The notes beneath the pieces were generated by a model. The model did not search any database. It was not told the DNA's origin and saw nothing but the letters and a program-made list of their open reading frames with translations. The translations under genes were made by a program, and so were the position numbers. This document shows, piece after piece, positions 55,090-64,000 of a DNA stretch of 64,000 nucleotides (positions are counted from its first letter, which is position 1; each line of letters opens with the position of its first letter). Source of the stretch: Candidatus Micrarchaeota archaeon (GTDB taxonomy: Archaea; Micrarchaeota; Micrarchaeia; Norongarragalinales; Norongarragalinaceae); NCBI GenBank assembly GCA_964408425.1, contig CAYOZI010000001.1, forward strand, positions 8,861-72,860, written 5' to 3'.

Positions 55090-55524
55090 TTATTTAAACC
55101 CAAACTCGCTTTCAAACGCCTTTTTCGCCTGCAGCGGGGTTAAGGAAAATAAAGAACCTAACCCCTGCACTTCCCGCTTTCCCTTCAGGTCGAACCTGCT
55201 CTTCGCGTAAGCATTGGTAAACAGGAATTTCGCCTTTAGCCTGAAGCAAAGCCTGAAAAACAATTTCAACTCCCTCAACAATTTCGCCCGGCTAGCGCCC
55301 TTCGAGCTTACGAGCGCGGTCAATGGAATTGCGAACGACGCCCTCCCCTCGCCAACGCTCCTTATCAAAGCGTCATCCCTGAAAAACGCCTTCACGCCCA
55401 ACGGGTTTATCAAAACATCCTTCTCCGTCGATTTCCTCAACAGGTCGCTTTTCTCCGACTCGGCAATATCCCCTTTTTTCAGCAAAGCAACGTCCTTCTG
55501 GCTCTTCAAGACAACGATTTTCAT
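55090..55524 (-). CDS. rnp3: RNase P protein Rpp30, shortened
   Basis: DVLINP, RAKLL...RL...K.KF.FT..AKSRFDL pattern; position between rpl15e and pop5/psmA. Confidence 0.65.
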   Translation of the reverse strand: MKIVVLKSQKDVALLKKGDIAESEKSDLLRKSTEKDVLINPLGVKAFFRDDALIRSVGEGRASFAIPLTALVSSKGASRAKLLRELKLFFRLCFRLKAKFLFTNAYAKSRFDLKGKREVQGLGSLFSLTPLQAKKAFESEFGFK

Positions 55525-55535
55525 TCCAACCACGT

Positions 55536-56444
55536 TCAAACAAATTTTTTCAAAGCCTTCGCCAAAGCAGGCGAAGCGTCGATCTGCGAAAACGAATTGG
55601 GCAGGGTGTTCGAGCAGGCTATGGAATCCAGGCCGTTTTTCCTCACCTTCCTCCCGCCTTCCTCGTCCAGCAAATGCACCACTACGCAATCCACTTTCTT
55701 AGCGCCATGCCTCTTCAATATTCCCGCAACGGAAATCAAGGTATTTCCGGTCGAGGCTATGTCGTCTATCAGCAAAACGCTTTTTCCCTTGCAATCCAAG
55801 CCTGGGGTTTCGAAGCTCTTTATCCTCGTCCCGCTAAAGCGCTTCTTCAGGAAAACATAATGCCCCGCATTCAATTCTTCCGCTATTTCCCCCGCCAGAG
55901 GCGCAGACTCCCCGTCCGGCCCGACCACTAGGACGTTTTTCCCCGACAGTTTTTTCTTTTTAGCGTAATCGGCGATTTCTTTCGAAAGGAGGACGTTCAC
56001 TGCCGGAATGCGGAAGATCTGCTTCAAAGAGGAAATGCGGTGGAGATGAGTCGTAACAGTAACGAAACCGTCCGCCCCCGCCCATTCGATCATTTTAGCG
56101 ACAATCCTGTTGCTCACGACTTCCCCTTCGTTAAACCGGTTATCCTGCCTCGCGTAAGCGAAATAAGGAACCACGGCAAAAACCTTCTTCGCCCCTAGCT
56201 CCTTGGCGGTTTTCAGCGCGAAAACCAGTTCAATCAGGGAATCGTTCGGAAACGGGTGCAGCGACTGCACTACGAAAACGGTTTTCCCCTTCAACGGAGC
56301 CGTGAAACGTATTTTCATCTCGCCGTCCGGGAATTTTTCCGCATAAAGGTCGGAATAGCCTGCGTCCAGCCTCTTTGCCAAGGCTCGCCCTAAAAGTTTT
56401 CCTTGCGAACAGCCGACAACCAGCCCCCTAGCCATGAGAGGCAT
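55536..56444 (-). CDS. prs: Ribose-phosphate pyrophosphokinase
   Basis: FPDGE, PYFAYARQD and LIDDIASTGNT. Confidence 0.95.
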   Translation of the reverse strand: MPLMARGLVVGCSQGKLLGRALAKRLDAGYSDLYAEKFPDGEMKIRFTAPLKGKTVFVVQSLHPFPNDSLIELVFALKTAKELGAKKVFAVVPYFAYARQDNRFNEGEVVSNRIVAKMIEWAGADGFVTVTTHLHRISSLKQIFRIPAVNVLLSKEIADYAKKKKLSGKNVLVVGPDGESAPLAGEIAEELNAGHYVFLKKRFSGTRIKSFETPGLDCKGKSVLLIDDIASTGNTLISVAGILKRHGAKKVDCVVVHLLDEEGGRKVRKNGLDSIACSNTLPNSFSQIDASPALAKALKKFV

Positions 56445-56480
56445 TAAAGAAAAAGGGGAATAAAAAAGGAGACTTTGCAA

Positions 56481-57074
56481 TCAAACGGCCTTTGAGGGCT
56501 GCTTTCGGGAATGGATTAGCAGGTGATGGTAAAGATCCACAGCCACTTTTAGCGAGAGCATCAAAACCGGAGGGACTCCTGCAATCAAGCCGAGAATTGC
56601 AAGGCCAACGGCAAACAGCCGTTGTAATGCAGTGATAATGTCGATTATACCGTAACCCAAGGTTTTAGAAAGCTCCAGGTACTCGCTCTGCCTCACGACG
56701 TTCAAGAAGAAAGACAAACCGTGGCTTGCAAAAAAAGTCACCGCCATATAGAATGCTTCTTGGGAACTCGACCACATGAGGGCGAAAACAAAGCCCACCC
56801 AACACAGCCAGTAAAAAAATTTGGTCGGCGAAAGCCGAAGGTCCTTCATTCTGCCGTCCTTGAGACGGCTGGCCGCATAACCAATCTTGAGATAGCCGTA
56901 CAAGAAAATGAACAGCCCTTCCGCAACGTAACCAGCAAAAATATGGCGCGGATTCCAGTTCAGGAACAAAAGCCCGTACAAAGGAAGAAGGTTGGCTGCA
57001 ACAAGGACTAAGGCGGATGTTTTAGCCTCGTCAGACAACCCGGACGGAATCCACTGCATGAAGAGTTTATGCAC
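56481..57074 (-). CDS. Membrane protein (DUF6498-like)
   Basis: AANLLPLYGLLFLNW, SHGLSF and LKVAVDL patterns. Confidence 0.65.
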   Translation of the reverse strand: MHKLFMQWIPSGLSDEAKTSALVLVAANLLPLYGLLFLNWNPRHIFAGYVAEGLFIFLYGYLKIGYAASRLKDGRMKDLRLSPTKFFYWLCWVGFVFALMWSSSQEAFYMAVTFFASHGLSFFLNVVRQSEYLELSKTLGYGIIDIITALQRLFAVGLAILGLIAGVPPVLMLSLKVAVDLYHHLLIHSRKQPSKAV

Positions 57075-57474
57075 TTCGGGATTTAAGTATGACTTCGAAA
57101 TACTGGTTCGAACCGTCCTCGCCTATCCAATAGGCGTTTATCGCCTTGAAATGAGGATAGCGGCGCTGCGCCTTTTGCGTGGCAAACCACGACCAGGGCT
57201 TTCCGGGGTTTTCCTTCAGCCTGTTTTTCGCGGGTTTCCTCCCCAAATCGGGTCTTTTTCTTTTTACTTTCCCGCGGGGAGTCTTCACCCTGATGACGAT
57301 GAAATCTTTTGAGGCTTTGTAACCCAATTCCCTCGCCCTGCCCGGGTTGAACGGATTCGCAACCCTCACTACTGACGAGGTTCTCCTCCAAGCCTGAAGC
57401 CGTTTCCTGTGAAACTCGGGCTTCGTCTTGAAAGTCTTGGCAAAGCTTTCTTTAATGTACTTGAACGCACCCAT
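57067..57474 (-). CDS. rpl15e: 50S ribosomal protein L15e (eL15), C-terminally short
   Basis: MGAFKYI, ARELGYKA and NAYWIGEDG...YFEVIL. Confidence 0.95.
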   Translation of the reverse strand: MGAFKYIKESFAKTFKTKPEFHRKRLQAWRRTSSVVRVANPFNPGRARELGYKASKDFIVIRVKTPRGKVKRKRPDLGRKPAKNRLKENPGKPWSWFATQKAQRRYPHFKAINAYWIGEDGSNQYFEVILKSRSA

Positions 57475-57612
57475 TTCTCGAATCACCTTCTTTTCTGGGC
57501 CTTTCTTTCGAAAGGCGGTCCAACATCAATCCGGATTTCCGAAAACGGAAAAACCAGAAAACAACTTTGCAAAACGCGGTATTTAAGACTATTGAAATCC
57601 AACAATAAAACC

Positions 57613-57822
57613 ATGAAAATACTCGTTTCAATACTCAACCCTTTGGAGAAAAAGAAGGCGGTCAGTGCAAAGGAAAACTCCAGCTTGAGGTTTTTGCAGA
57701 AGCAATTGAAGCTGAACGGGCAGACGTTCGTTTCCAGGATAAACGGCAAGATAGCGCATCCAGAAACGATTTTGAATGAAGGCGATAAAGTAGAATTCAT
57801 AGGAGTGATTTACGGAGGCTGA
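57613..57822 (+). CDS. Ubiquitin-like sulfur carrier (ThiS/MoaD/SAMP family)
   Basis: 69 aa, ING...L.EGD.VE pattern, C-terminal GG. Confidence 0.85.
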   Translation: MKILVSILNPLEKKKAVSAKENSSLRFLQKQLKLNGQTFVSRINGKIAHPETILNEGDKVEFIGVIYGG

Positions 57823-57827
57823 AGAAG

Positions 57828-58085
57828 GTGATTGCACGCGACAAGATTTTGCAGGTGTTTGCGGACTTAAAGCTCAAGGGAAAATGGGACGGAAACGAGT
57901 TCAGAGCCGACTTGCCCAGTGATTTCGACAAGCCGGGCTTGCTCAAGAAAATAGAAGCGGAATTGAAAATCAAGGGTATGCAATCAAAGCACGACGAGGA
58001 GAACAGCCGGCTTATAATAAAACACGCGGGCGAAACTCACGAGATTTCACACAAACCAGGGCGACTCAGCTACTTCAGGCGCTAA
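57828..58085 (+). CDS. Small hypothetical protein
   Basis: Starts 5 bp after the SAMP-like gene. Confidence 0.55.
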   Translation: MIARDKILQVFADLKLKGKWDGNEFRADLPSDFDKPGLLKKIEAELKIKGMQSKHDEENSRLIIKHAGETHEISHKPGRLSYFRR

Positions 58086-58696
58086 CGCGGTTTTTTGCCG
58101 GTTTCAAGCTTTTTCTTTGCAAACCAACCTAGTATTCCCAAAACAGCCAGTACTCCCAACACAATCCAAAACTGCGGTTTATACTGCAAAATCGAGCTGC
58201 CTATCCAAGCGAGAATAAACGCCCTCGGAATCGTCCCTATGAAAGTCATTACGACGAAAGAAGGAAAGTTGAATCTTAGAATCCCGCTTGTAATCGAGAA
58301 AACCTTGAACGGAATGAACGGGATCAAGCGCGCAATCAATACCGCAGGCGCCCCCCACTCGTGAAACTTTTTCTCGGCCTTCAACACCCGTTCAGGGGTT
58401 ATGAAAAGATAGGGCCCGATCTTGTCGATTATCGGCCTTCCCCCGTAATACCCTATTCCGTACCCGAGCATCGCCCCGAGCGTCGAGCCTATCGTCCCCC
58501 ATATTGCCACAGTCACCGGGTCGAAAAACAAGCCAGCGGTAACGAGAATCAATTCAGAAGGGATGGGAATGAAGGAAGATTCCAGAAACATTCCCGCGGC
58601 TATTCCCAAACCGCCGTACGAAACGATTATGGGCTTCAGGACAGCGAAAAAATAAGCTTCGACGCCGGCTATCCACGCCAATAATTCCGAAAGCAT
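58082..58696 (-). CDS. DedA family membrane protein
   Basis: PIPSELIL, GY..GYYGGR and ARLIP. Confidence 0.92.
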   Translation of the reverse strand: MLSELLAWIAGVEAYFFAVLKPIIVSYGGLGIAAGMFLESSFIPIPSELILVTAGLFFDPVTVAIWGTIGSTLGAMLGYGIGYYGGRPIIDKIGPYLFITPERVLKAEKKFHEWGAPAVLIARLIPFIPFKVFSITSGILRFNFPSFVVMTFIGTIPRAFILAWIGSSILQYKPQFWIVLGVLAVLGILGWFAKKKLETGKKPR

Positions 58697-58752
58697 TAAA
58701 GAAGAAACTACCCAGAGTTTTAAATAACAAACTGGTTCTGGGCAAGAAAAAA

Positions 58753-59703
58753 ATGGTTAAGGCTAAAATTCCTTCTTGCGGACACTGCGGAAAGAACGCG
58801 GAAATAGAGCTAGAGTACACCCGGCAAAATTTGTGCTCCTCCTGTTTTTCGAAAGTGTTCGAAAAACGCGTGCGGAAGGCGAACCACAAGTTCCAAATGT
58901 TCAAGCGAGGCGATCTGGTGGTCGTGGGCGTAAGCGGGGGGAAGGATTCGGGGGCGTTGCTATACATTTTAAGCAAAATGGCCGGGGAAATAGGCTTTGA
59001 AGTAAAGCCCGTTCTAGTGGACGAAGGCATTCACGGTTACAGGAACAAGGCTTTGAAAGAAGCGGAAAAGCTGTGCGAAAAACGGGGGTTGGAACTGGAA
59101 ATATTTTCGTACAAAAAGCTTTTCGGAAAGACGATGGATGAAGTGATGAAAGCGAGGGATGAAGGCAAAGTTAAGGGAAAGGCGTGTTCCTTCTGCGGCG
59201 TGTTCAGGAAGAAGGCGTTGAATCAAGCTGCATTGGAATTGAAGGCGACTAAAGTCGCCATAGGGCATAACGCCGACGACGTTGCGCAAACGTTCCTGAT
59301 GAACTTGCTTAGGGCGGAGGGAGAGAGGAACGAAAGATTCAGAATCGTGGACAAGCCGAAGAAAGGATTCGTCCCGCGAGTAAGGCCGCTGGTTTTCAAC
59401 ACGGAAAAGGAAACGGCGCTGTTTTGCCTTACAAACGATATCCCGTTCCACTTGGGCGAATGCCCTTACTCGAGCGAAGCCTTCCGCGCCGAAGTCAAAG
59501 GTTTTTTGAATGAAACCGAGGAAAAATACCCGGGAGTGAAATTCAACCTGTTGCATTCCTTCCTCCAAAACCAAGAGTGGCTGGACGAGAAAACCGGAAA
59601 AAGCGGAGAGGAAAAGGAAATGCGGTATTGCGAAGAATGCTCTTCCCCTTCTTCGGGAAGAAAATGCAAAGCCTGCGAGTTGAAGGAAAAGCTTGGCTCT
59701 TGA
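58753..59703 (+). CDS. ncsA: tRNA 2-thiolation protein (TtuA/NcsA/Ctu1 family)
   Basis: N-terminal Zn fingers, SGGKDS PP-loop, CSFCGVFR, GHNADD, CPY and C-terminal Zn finger. Confidence 0.9.
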   Translation: MVKAKIPSCGHCGKNAEIELEYTRQNLCSSCFSKVFEKRVRKANHKFQMFKRGDLVVVGVSGGKDSGALLYILSKMAGEIGFEVKPVLVDEGIHGYRNKALKEAEKLCEKRGLELEIFSYKKLFGKTMDEVMKARDEGKVKGKACSFCGVFRKKALNQAALELKATKVAIGHNADDVAQTFLMNLLRAEGERNERFRIVDKPKKGFVPRVRPLVFNTEKETALFCLTNDIPFHLGECPYSSEAFRAEVKGFLNETEEKYPGVKFNLLHSFLQNQEWLDEKTGKSGEEKEMRYCEECSSPSSGRKCKACELKEKLGS

Positions 59704-59704
59704 A

Positions 59705-60304
59705 TTACAGGTTCAACGCGATTATCCCGCTCAAGACGAAATCCACGGCTATGCTCGCCAACAGCAACCCCATTATCCTCGAGAAAATCTCACTTCCAGT
59801 TTCGCCCATGATTTTCATCAGCCTGGGCGCCATAAGCAAAATCAAGAACGTGAGAGCAAGCGAAACGATTGCGGCAGTGGCGGTGGTTACAAACCCGACT
59901 GAGTTCACCAGGAGAATAGCGGCGGTCAAAACGCCCGGGCCGGTAATCAGCGGAACACCAATGACGACTATTCCAACATCCACCTTCTTTTGCTCTTTCG
60001 GAAAAGTTATTCCCAAAACGTATTCCAACGCTATCAAAAACAAGACTATTCCGCCTGCGATCTTGAAGTGCTCGATCTTGATTCCCAAAAACCCGAACAG
60101 CAAAGGCCCTACGACTATGAATACGAGCAACGCCCCCGCTGCGATGAAAACGGCCGTTTTCGCGGCTTGAAACTGTTTCCCGGAATCGAACCCTTTCGTA
60201 AGATGGTAGAATACGGGGGTGCTGGCGAAAGGATCCATGATCACGAAGATCGTCACGAAAGCCTGCAACAACTGCTGGAGGTTGAAGTCGAACACGCAGT
60301 TCAT
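59705..60304 (-). CDS. MarC family membrane protein
   Basis: IMDPF, IAGGI.LF, PLITGPG and RIMGLLL. Confidence 0.92.
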   Translation of the reverse strand: MNCVFDFNLQQLLQAFVTIFVIMDPFASTPVFYHLTKGFDSGKQFQAAKTAVFIAAGALLVFIVVGPLLFGFLGIKIEHFKIAGGIVLFLIALEYVLGITFPKEQKKVDVGIVVIGVPLITGPGVLTAAILLVNSVGFVTTATAAIVSLALTFLILLMAPRLMKIMGETGSEIFSRIMGLLLASIAVDFVLSGIIALNL

Positions 60305-60463
60305 TAAGCAGGACGGGTTAAAAAAACGAGGGGGGAAAAAAGGCGCCAGAGAGCGTAGGAAAAGCTTTTTTAAACGCTCCAAGCATTATTTTCTTCTCGT
60401 TTTAAGGCGAGTTTTAGTCCATTCAGCAGATTTAGCGTTCGTTTTGAAAAAAGGTTTTTGAAA

Positions 60464-61147
60464 ATGGGTATAAGGCCTGCAAGAGCATCTCGCGATATTC
60501 GCGGCCAGCCGTGGGCCCGCCTTTCAAAACGCAAGCCGCGCAAGAGCTACGTCAAAGGAGCCCCACAGCCGAAAGTAAGGCAGTATCAGATGGGAGTGGA
60601 CAAGCCCTACGAATTGGAAGTGGAAATGGTAGAGCAAATTCCCGTAAGAATTCGCGATAATTCGTTGGAAGCCGCACGCCAGGCTGCAAACAAGTATCTG
60701 GAAAAAAGCATTCCGGGAAATTACTTCTTCCAAATCGTTCCGTACCCCCACCTTGTTTTGAGAGAGCATAGCGCGTTGGGAGTGGCTGGAGCAGATCGTA
60801 TTTCAAAAGGAATGAAAAAAGCGTTCGGAAGGCCCAAGGGAAGGCTGGCGCAACTCGAAACCGGAAAGGCAGTAATGAGAGCCAGGATACTATCCAAGGA
60901 TTTGCCTTTGCTGAAAGAGGCATTGCATCGCGCAACCATCAAAATGCCCGGCAAAACCAAGATCGTTATTCGTGATATATCCAAAGACGCTGCAAACCTC
61001 GCCAAGAAGGCAGTCGTGTTCGCCAAGAAGGAAGAGGAAGTGGTTGCAGCCCCGACCGCCGCAGCCGAAGAAACCGCTGCCGCCGAAGGGGAGAAAGCAG
61101 CTGAAGGAAAAGGCGAAGCGAAAGAAGCCAAAGGCGGAAAGAAATAA
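60464..61147 (+). CDS. rpl10e: 50S ribosomal protein L16/L10e (uL16) with Ala/Glu-rich tail
   Basis: LEAARQAAN, YPH.VLRE and GADRISKGMKKAFG.P.G. Confidence 0.96.
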   Translation: MGIRPARASRDIRGQPWARLSKRKPRKSYVKGAPQPKVRQYQMGVDKPYELEVEMVEQIPVRIRDNSLEAARQAANKYLEKSIPGNYFFQIVPYPHLVLREHSALGVAGADRISKGMKKAFGRPKGRLAQLETGKAVMRARILSKDLPLLKEALHRATIKMPGKTKIVIRDISKDAANLAKKAVVFAKKEEEVVAAPTAAAEETAAAEGEKAAEGKGEAKEAKGGKK

Positions 61148-61254
61148 CCGGCGTATCTTTTTCTCATACTTTCGCGTAATACACCAACTATTCTTATAAA
61201 CCGTTTTTCCCTCATTAACCTCACCTGCGCTTTCAGGGAAAGCGGTTTTGCAAA

Positions 61255-63651
61255 ATGAAAAACATCTATTGGCTCGACGAACTAGACAAAAACAGCTTAA
61301 GCATAGCCGGAGGGAAAGGCGCGAACCTCGCTGAAATGTACAACGCCGGCTTTAAAGTCCCTGAAGCGTTCATCGTCCCTGCCCAGTCTTACTTCGACTT
61401 CGTCAGGAAAAACGGGCTTGAAGAAATAATCGCCAGGGAAACGAAAAACCTCGACTACGAAAACACAGCCGCAGTCCAGAAAGCCTCGCAAACCATCAAA
61501 ACCGCCATCCTCAACGCCCGCATGCACCAGGAAGTCGCCGCGGACGTAACTCGTGCATATAACAAGATTTGCAATTCAAAAAGCATGATTCCATCCATGA
61601 ACGAAGAGGTTTTCGTAGCCATAAGGTCAAGCGCAACTGCCGAGGATTTGCCCACGTCGAGTTTTGCTGGAATACAGGCGACTTTCTTGAACGTCAAGGG
61701 AAGCGAAAACGTCGTGCACGCGGTAAAACAATGCTGGGCTTCGCTGTTCGAAGCGCGGGCTATTTACTACCGCCAACAGCAAGGCTTCGACCACTTGAAG
61801 GTAGGGATAGCCGACGTGGTGCAAAGAATGGTGCAAAGCGAAAAAAGCGGAATCGTCTTTACTGCAGACCCGGTTTTCCAGGATGAAAACAAGATCGTGA
61901 TCGAAGCTGGATTCGGGCTTGGAGAGGCGATAGTAAGCGGAAGCGTCACTCCAGACAAGTACGTCGTGGAAAAAGGGTCTTACCGCATTCTCGAAAAAAC
62001 GCCCGAAAAACAAGAGAGGATGATCACAAAAACAGCCAAGGGCGACGAGTGGGTGGAAGTAGAGCAGGAAATGCAGGAAGTGCAAAAGCTTTCGAACGAA
62101 GAAATACTCGCGCTGGCGAAAACCTGCTCGGAAATAGAAAGGCATTACGGCGGAAAACCGCAGGACATCGAATTCGCAATCGAAGGAAAGGACATTTACA
62201 TAGTTCAAACGCGTGCCATAACCACGCTCGGAAAGAAAGAAGAAAAAGGTGAAAGCAACTTGGGAAGCTTGTTCAACAAAACTTCAACAACACTGAAAGA
62301 AACGGAAGGCGAAGGAAAAGTTTTGCTTCAAGGACTGCCCGCATCTCCAGGAATAGCGAGCGGAACCGTGAAAATAGTTTTTGATTTGACTCAATTGAAC
62401 AAAGTGCAGAAGGGGAATATTCTCGTGACTAGAATGACCACGCCAGACTTCGTGCCTGCGATGAAACGGGCGGCGGGAATAGTCACCGACGAAGGCGGCA
62501 TGACTGCGCATGCTGCAATCGTATCGCGAGAACTCGGGATTCCGTGCATCGTCGGAAGCAGGACTGCGACGAAAGTATTGAAAGACGGGATGGAAATAAC
62601 GATCGACGCCAAAAGAGGCGTTGTTTACGAGGGGATCATCAAAATGGAACAACCCCGAACCGAAAGCCAGACGGCTTCAAACCAAGGGCACGCGGCGATA
62701 GTGACCGGAACCAAGGTGTACTGCAACATTGCCGACGCGGACGTAGCGGAAAAAGTGGCCGCCAGGGACGTGGACGGAGTCGGATTGTTGAGGGCGGAGT
62801 TCATGATCGCGGCGATAGGAGTCCACCCCCGCAAAATAATCAAGGAAGGGCGGCAGAAGGAATTCATCGGCAAGCTGTCGGGCGAATTAAGGCGCGTGTG
62901 CCAAGCTTTTTACCCTCGCCCCGTCGTGTACAGGGCTACCGACTTCAAAACGAACGAATACCGCAATCTCGAAGGGGGGGCGGAATACGAGCCCAAGGAA
63001 GAAAACCCCATGCTCGGATACCGCGGCTGTTTCCGTTACGTGAAAGAACCCGACGTTTTCAGGATGGAATTGCAGGCCATAAAGAAAGTGCGCGAGGAAT
63101 TCGGGCTGAAGAATTTGCATTTGATGATTCCGTTCGTGAGGAGAACCGGAGAGTTGAAGCACGTCAAGGATTTGATGCACCAGGAAGGCATATACCAGAC
63201 TCGAGACTTCAAGCTGTGGATAATGGTCGAAGTTCCTTCAACCGTCTTCATAATAGAAAAGTTTCTCGACTTGGGGGTTGACGGAATAAGCTTCGGGACG
63301 AACGACTTGACCCAGTTGATTCTGGGCGTCGACAGGGACAGCGGAATCGTGGCGGAAGAGTTTGATGAAAGGCACGAGGCGGTGATAAGGGCGCTGAAGC
63401 ACGTGATCAAAGAATGCAACAAGCGCGGGGTTACATCGTCATTCTGCGGGCAGGCGGTTTCGGTATATCCGGAAGTCGCCGAAGCCGTGATACGCTACGG
63501 GATAACGAGCGTGAGCGTAAACGTGGATTCGATCGAAACCGCGCGAAAACTCATCGCGGGCGTGGAAAGAAAAATAATCCTTGAAAAACTCGTCGGTTTG
63601 GACAACCCCAACTCAGAAGCTAAGCCCGACCACCATGACGATTACGGCTGA
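61255..63651 (+). CDS. ppsA: Phosphoenolpyruvate synthase
   Basis: GGKGANL, RSSATAED, GGMTAHAAIVSRE, EENPMLGYRG and SFGTNDLTQ. Confidence 0.97.
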   Translation: MKNIYWLDELDKNSLSIAGGKGANLAEMYNAGFKVPEAFIVPAQSYFDFVRKNGLEEIIARETKNLDYENTAAVQKASQTIKTAILNARMHQEVAADVTRAYNKICNSKSMIPSMNEEVFVAIRSSATAEDLPTSSFAGIQATFLNVKGSENVVHAVKQCWASLFEARAIYYRQQQGFDHLKVGIADVVQRMVQSEKSGIVFTADPVFQDENKIVIEAGFGLGEAIVSGSVTPDKYVVEKGSYRILEKTPEKQERMITKTAKGDEWVEVEQEMQEVQKLSNEEILALAKTCSEIERHYGGKPQDIEFAIEGKDIYIVQTRAITTLGKKEEKGESNLGSLFNKTSTTLKETEGEGKVLLQGLPASPGIASGTVKIVFDLTQLNKVQKGNILVTRMTTPDFVPAMKRAAGIVTDEGGMTAHAAIVSRELGIPCIVGSRTATKVLKDGMEITIDAKRGVVYEGIIKMEQPRTESQTASNQGHAAIVTGTKVYCNIADADVAEKVAARDVDGVGLLRAEFMIAAIGVHPRKIIKEGRQKEFIGKLSGELRRVCQAFYPRPVVYRATDFKTNEYRNLEGGAEYEPKEENPMLGYRGCFRYVKEPDVFRMELQAIKKVREEFGLKNLHLMIPFVRRTGELKHVKDLMHQEGIYQTRDFKLWIMVEVPSTVFIIEKFLDLGVDGISFGTNDLTQLILGVDRDSGIVAEEFDERHEAVIRALKHVIKECNKRGVTSSFCGQAVSVYPEVAEAVIRYGITSVSVNVDSIETARKLIAGVERKIILEKLVGLDNPNSEAKPDHHDDYG

Positions 63652-64000
63652 TTATGCCACACCATAGTTCCGTTGGTTTTCAAGCCAGCCAAAGCTTTCT
63701 CTAAAGCGGCAGAGGCGCTTGAAACGAAAAACAACGGGATTCTGCTCCTGGCCGCCAGTTTTGAAGCCACCAAGTCGAAAACAAAATTCACTCTCGCTTT
63801 TCGCGAATCCGCCTTCGACGCCATCGCAACGAGCTTCTCGTGAGACAAACTGGAGAATTTTTTCGCGCTAGGGTTTTTGCGCGGGTCTGAATCGTATATG
63901 CCATCAACGTTCGAAACGTTCACCACTCTCTTCGCCCCGACCAATTCTGCAAACAAAACCGAAACCGAATCCGTCGTTATGCCCGGAATCATGCCTCCAG
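63642..64000 (-). CDS. pyrH: Uridylate kinase, 3' part (runs off the window edge)
   Basis: PGITTD, NVDGIYDSDPRKNP and GT.V. Confidence 0.88.
   Translation of the reverse strand, partial: GGMIPGITTDSVSVLFAELVGAKRVVNVSNVDGIYDSDPRKNPSAKKFSSLSHEKLVAMASKADSRKARVNFVFDLVASKLAARSRIPLFFVSSASAALEKALAGLKTNGTMVWHNQP

Overview
Archaeal chromosome segment whose gene content suggests a DPANN lineage, possibly Micrarchaeota-like (inference from gene content, not a phylogeny). Core genes include PolB, the RNA polymerase operon (rpoH, split rpoB''/rpoB', fused rpoA'-A''), the S13-S4-S11-rpoD-L18e-L13-S9-rpoN string, cmk-L14e-cbf5, the L15e/RNase P/proteasome/exosome superoperon, ppsA, pyrB and a partial pyrH. 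There are eight tRNA genes; five carry seven introns in total, some at non-canonical positions and some apparently homologous to each other. Three accessory features stand out. (i) At 0.3-16 kb, a surface-protein island contains a duplicated three-gene cassette (LPET-anchored protein, modular fibre-like protein, small Cys-repeat membrane protein), a third fibre-like gene and a large M64-like metallopeptidase; the paralogs share exact DNA blocks around divergent regions. (ii) At 30.4-33.8 kb, a 41-aa peptide missing from the ORF track sits with a PAS/HD-GYP protein and an RRE-like/M50 membrane peptidase, a candidate peptide-processing or signalling system. (iii) A free-standing three-motif LAGLIDADG gene and gene relics lie among intron-containing tRNAs. 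No CRISPR array, rRNA, integrase, transposase or reverse transcriptase was recognised. All family assignments come from motif recognition by eye, not database searches.
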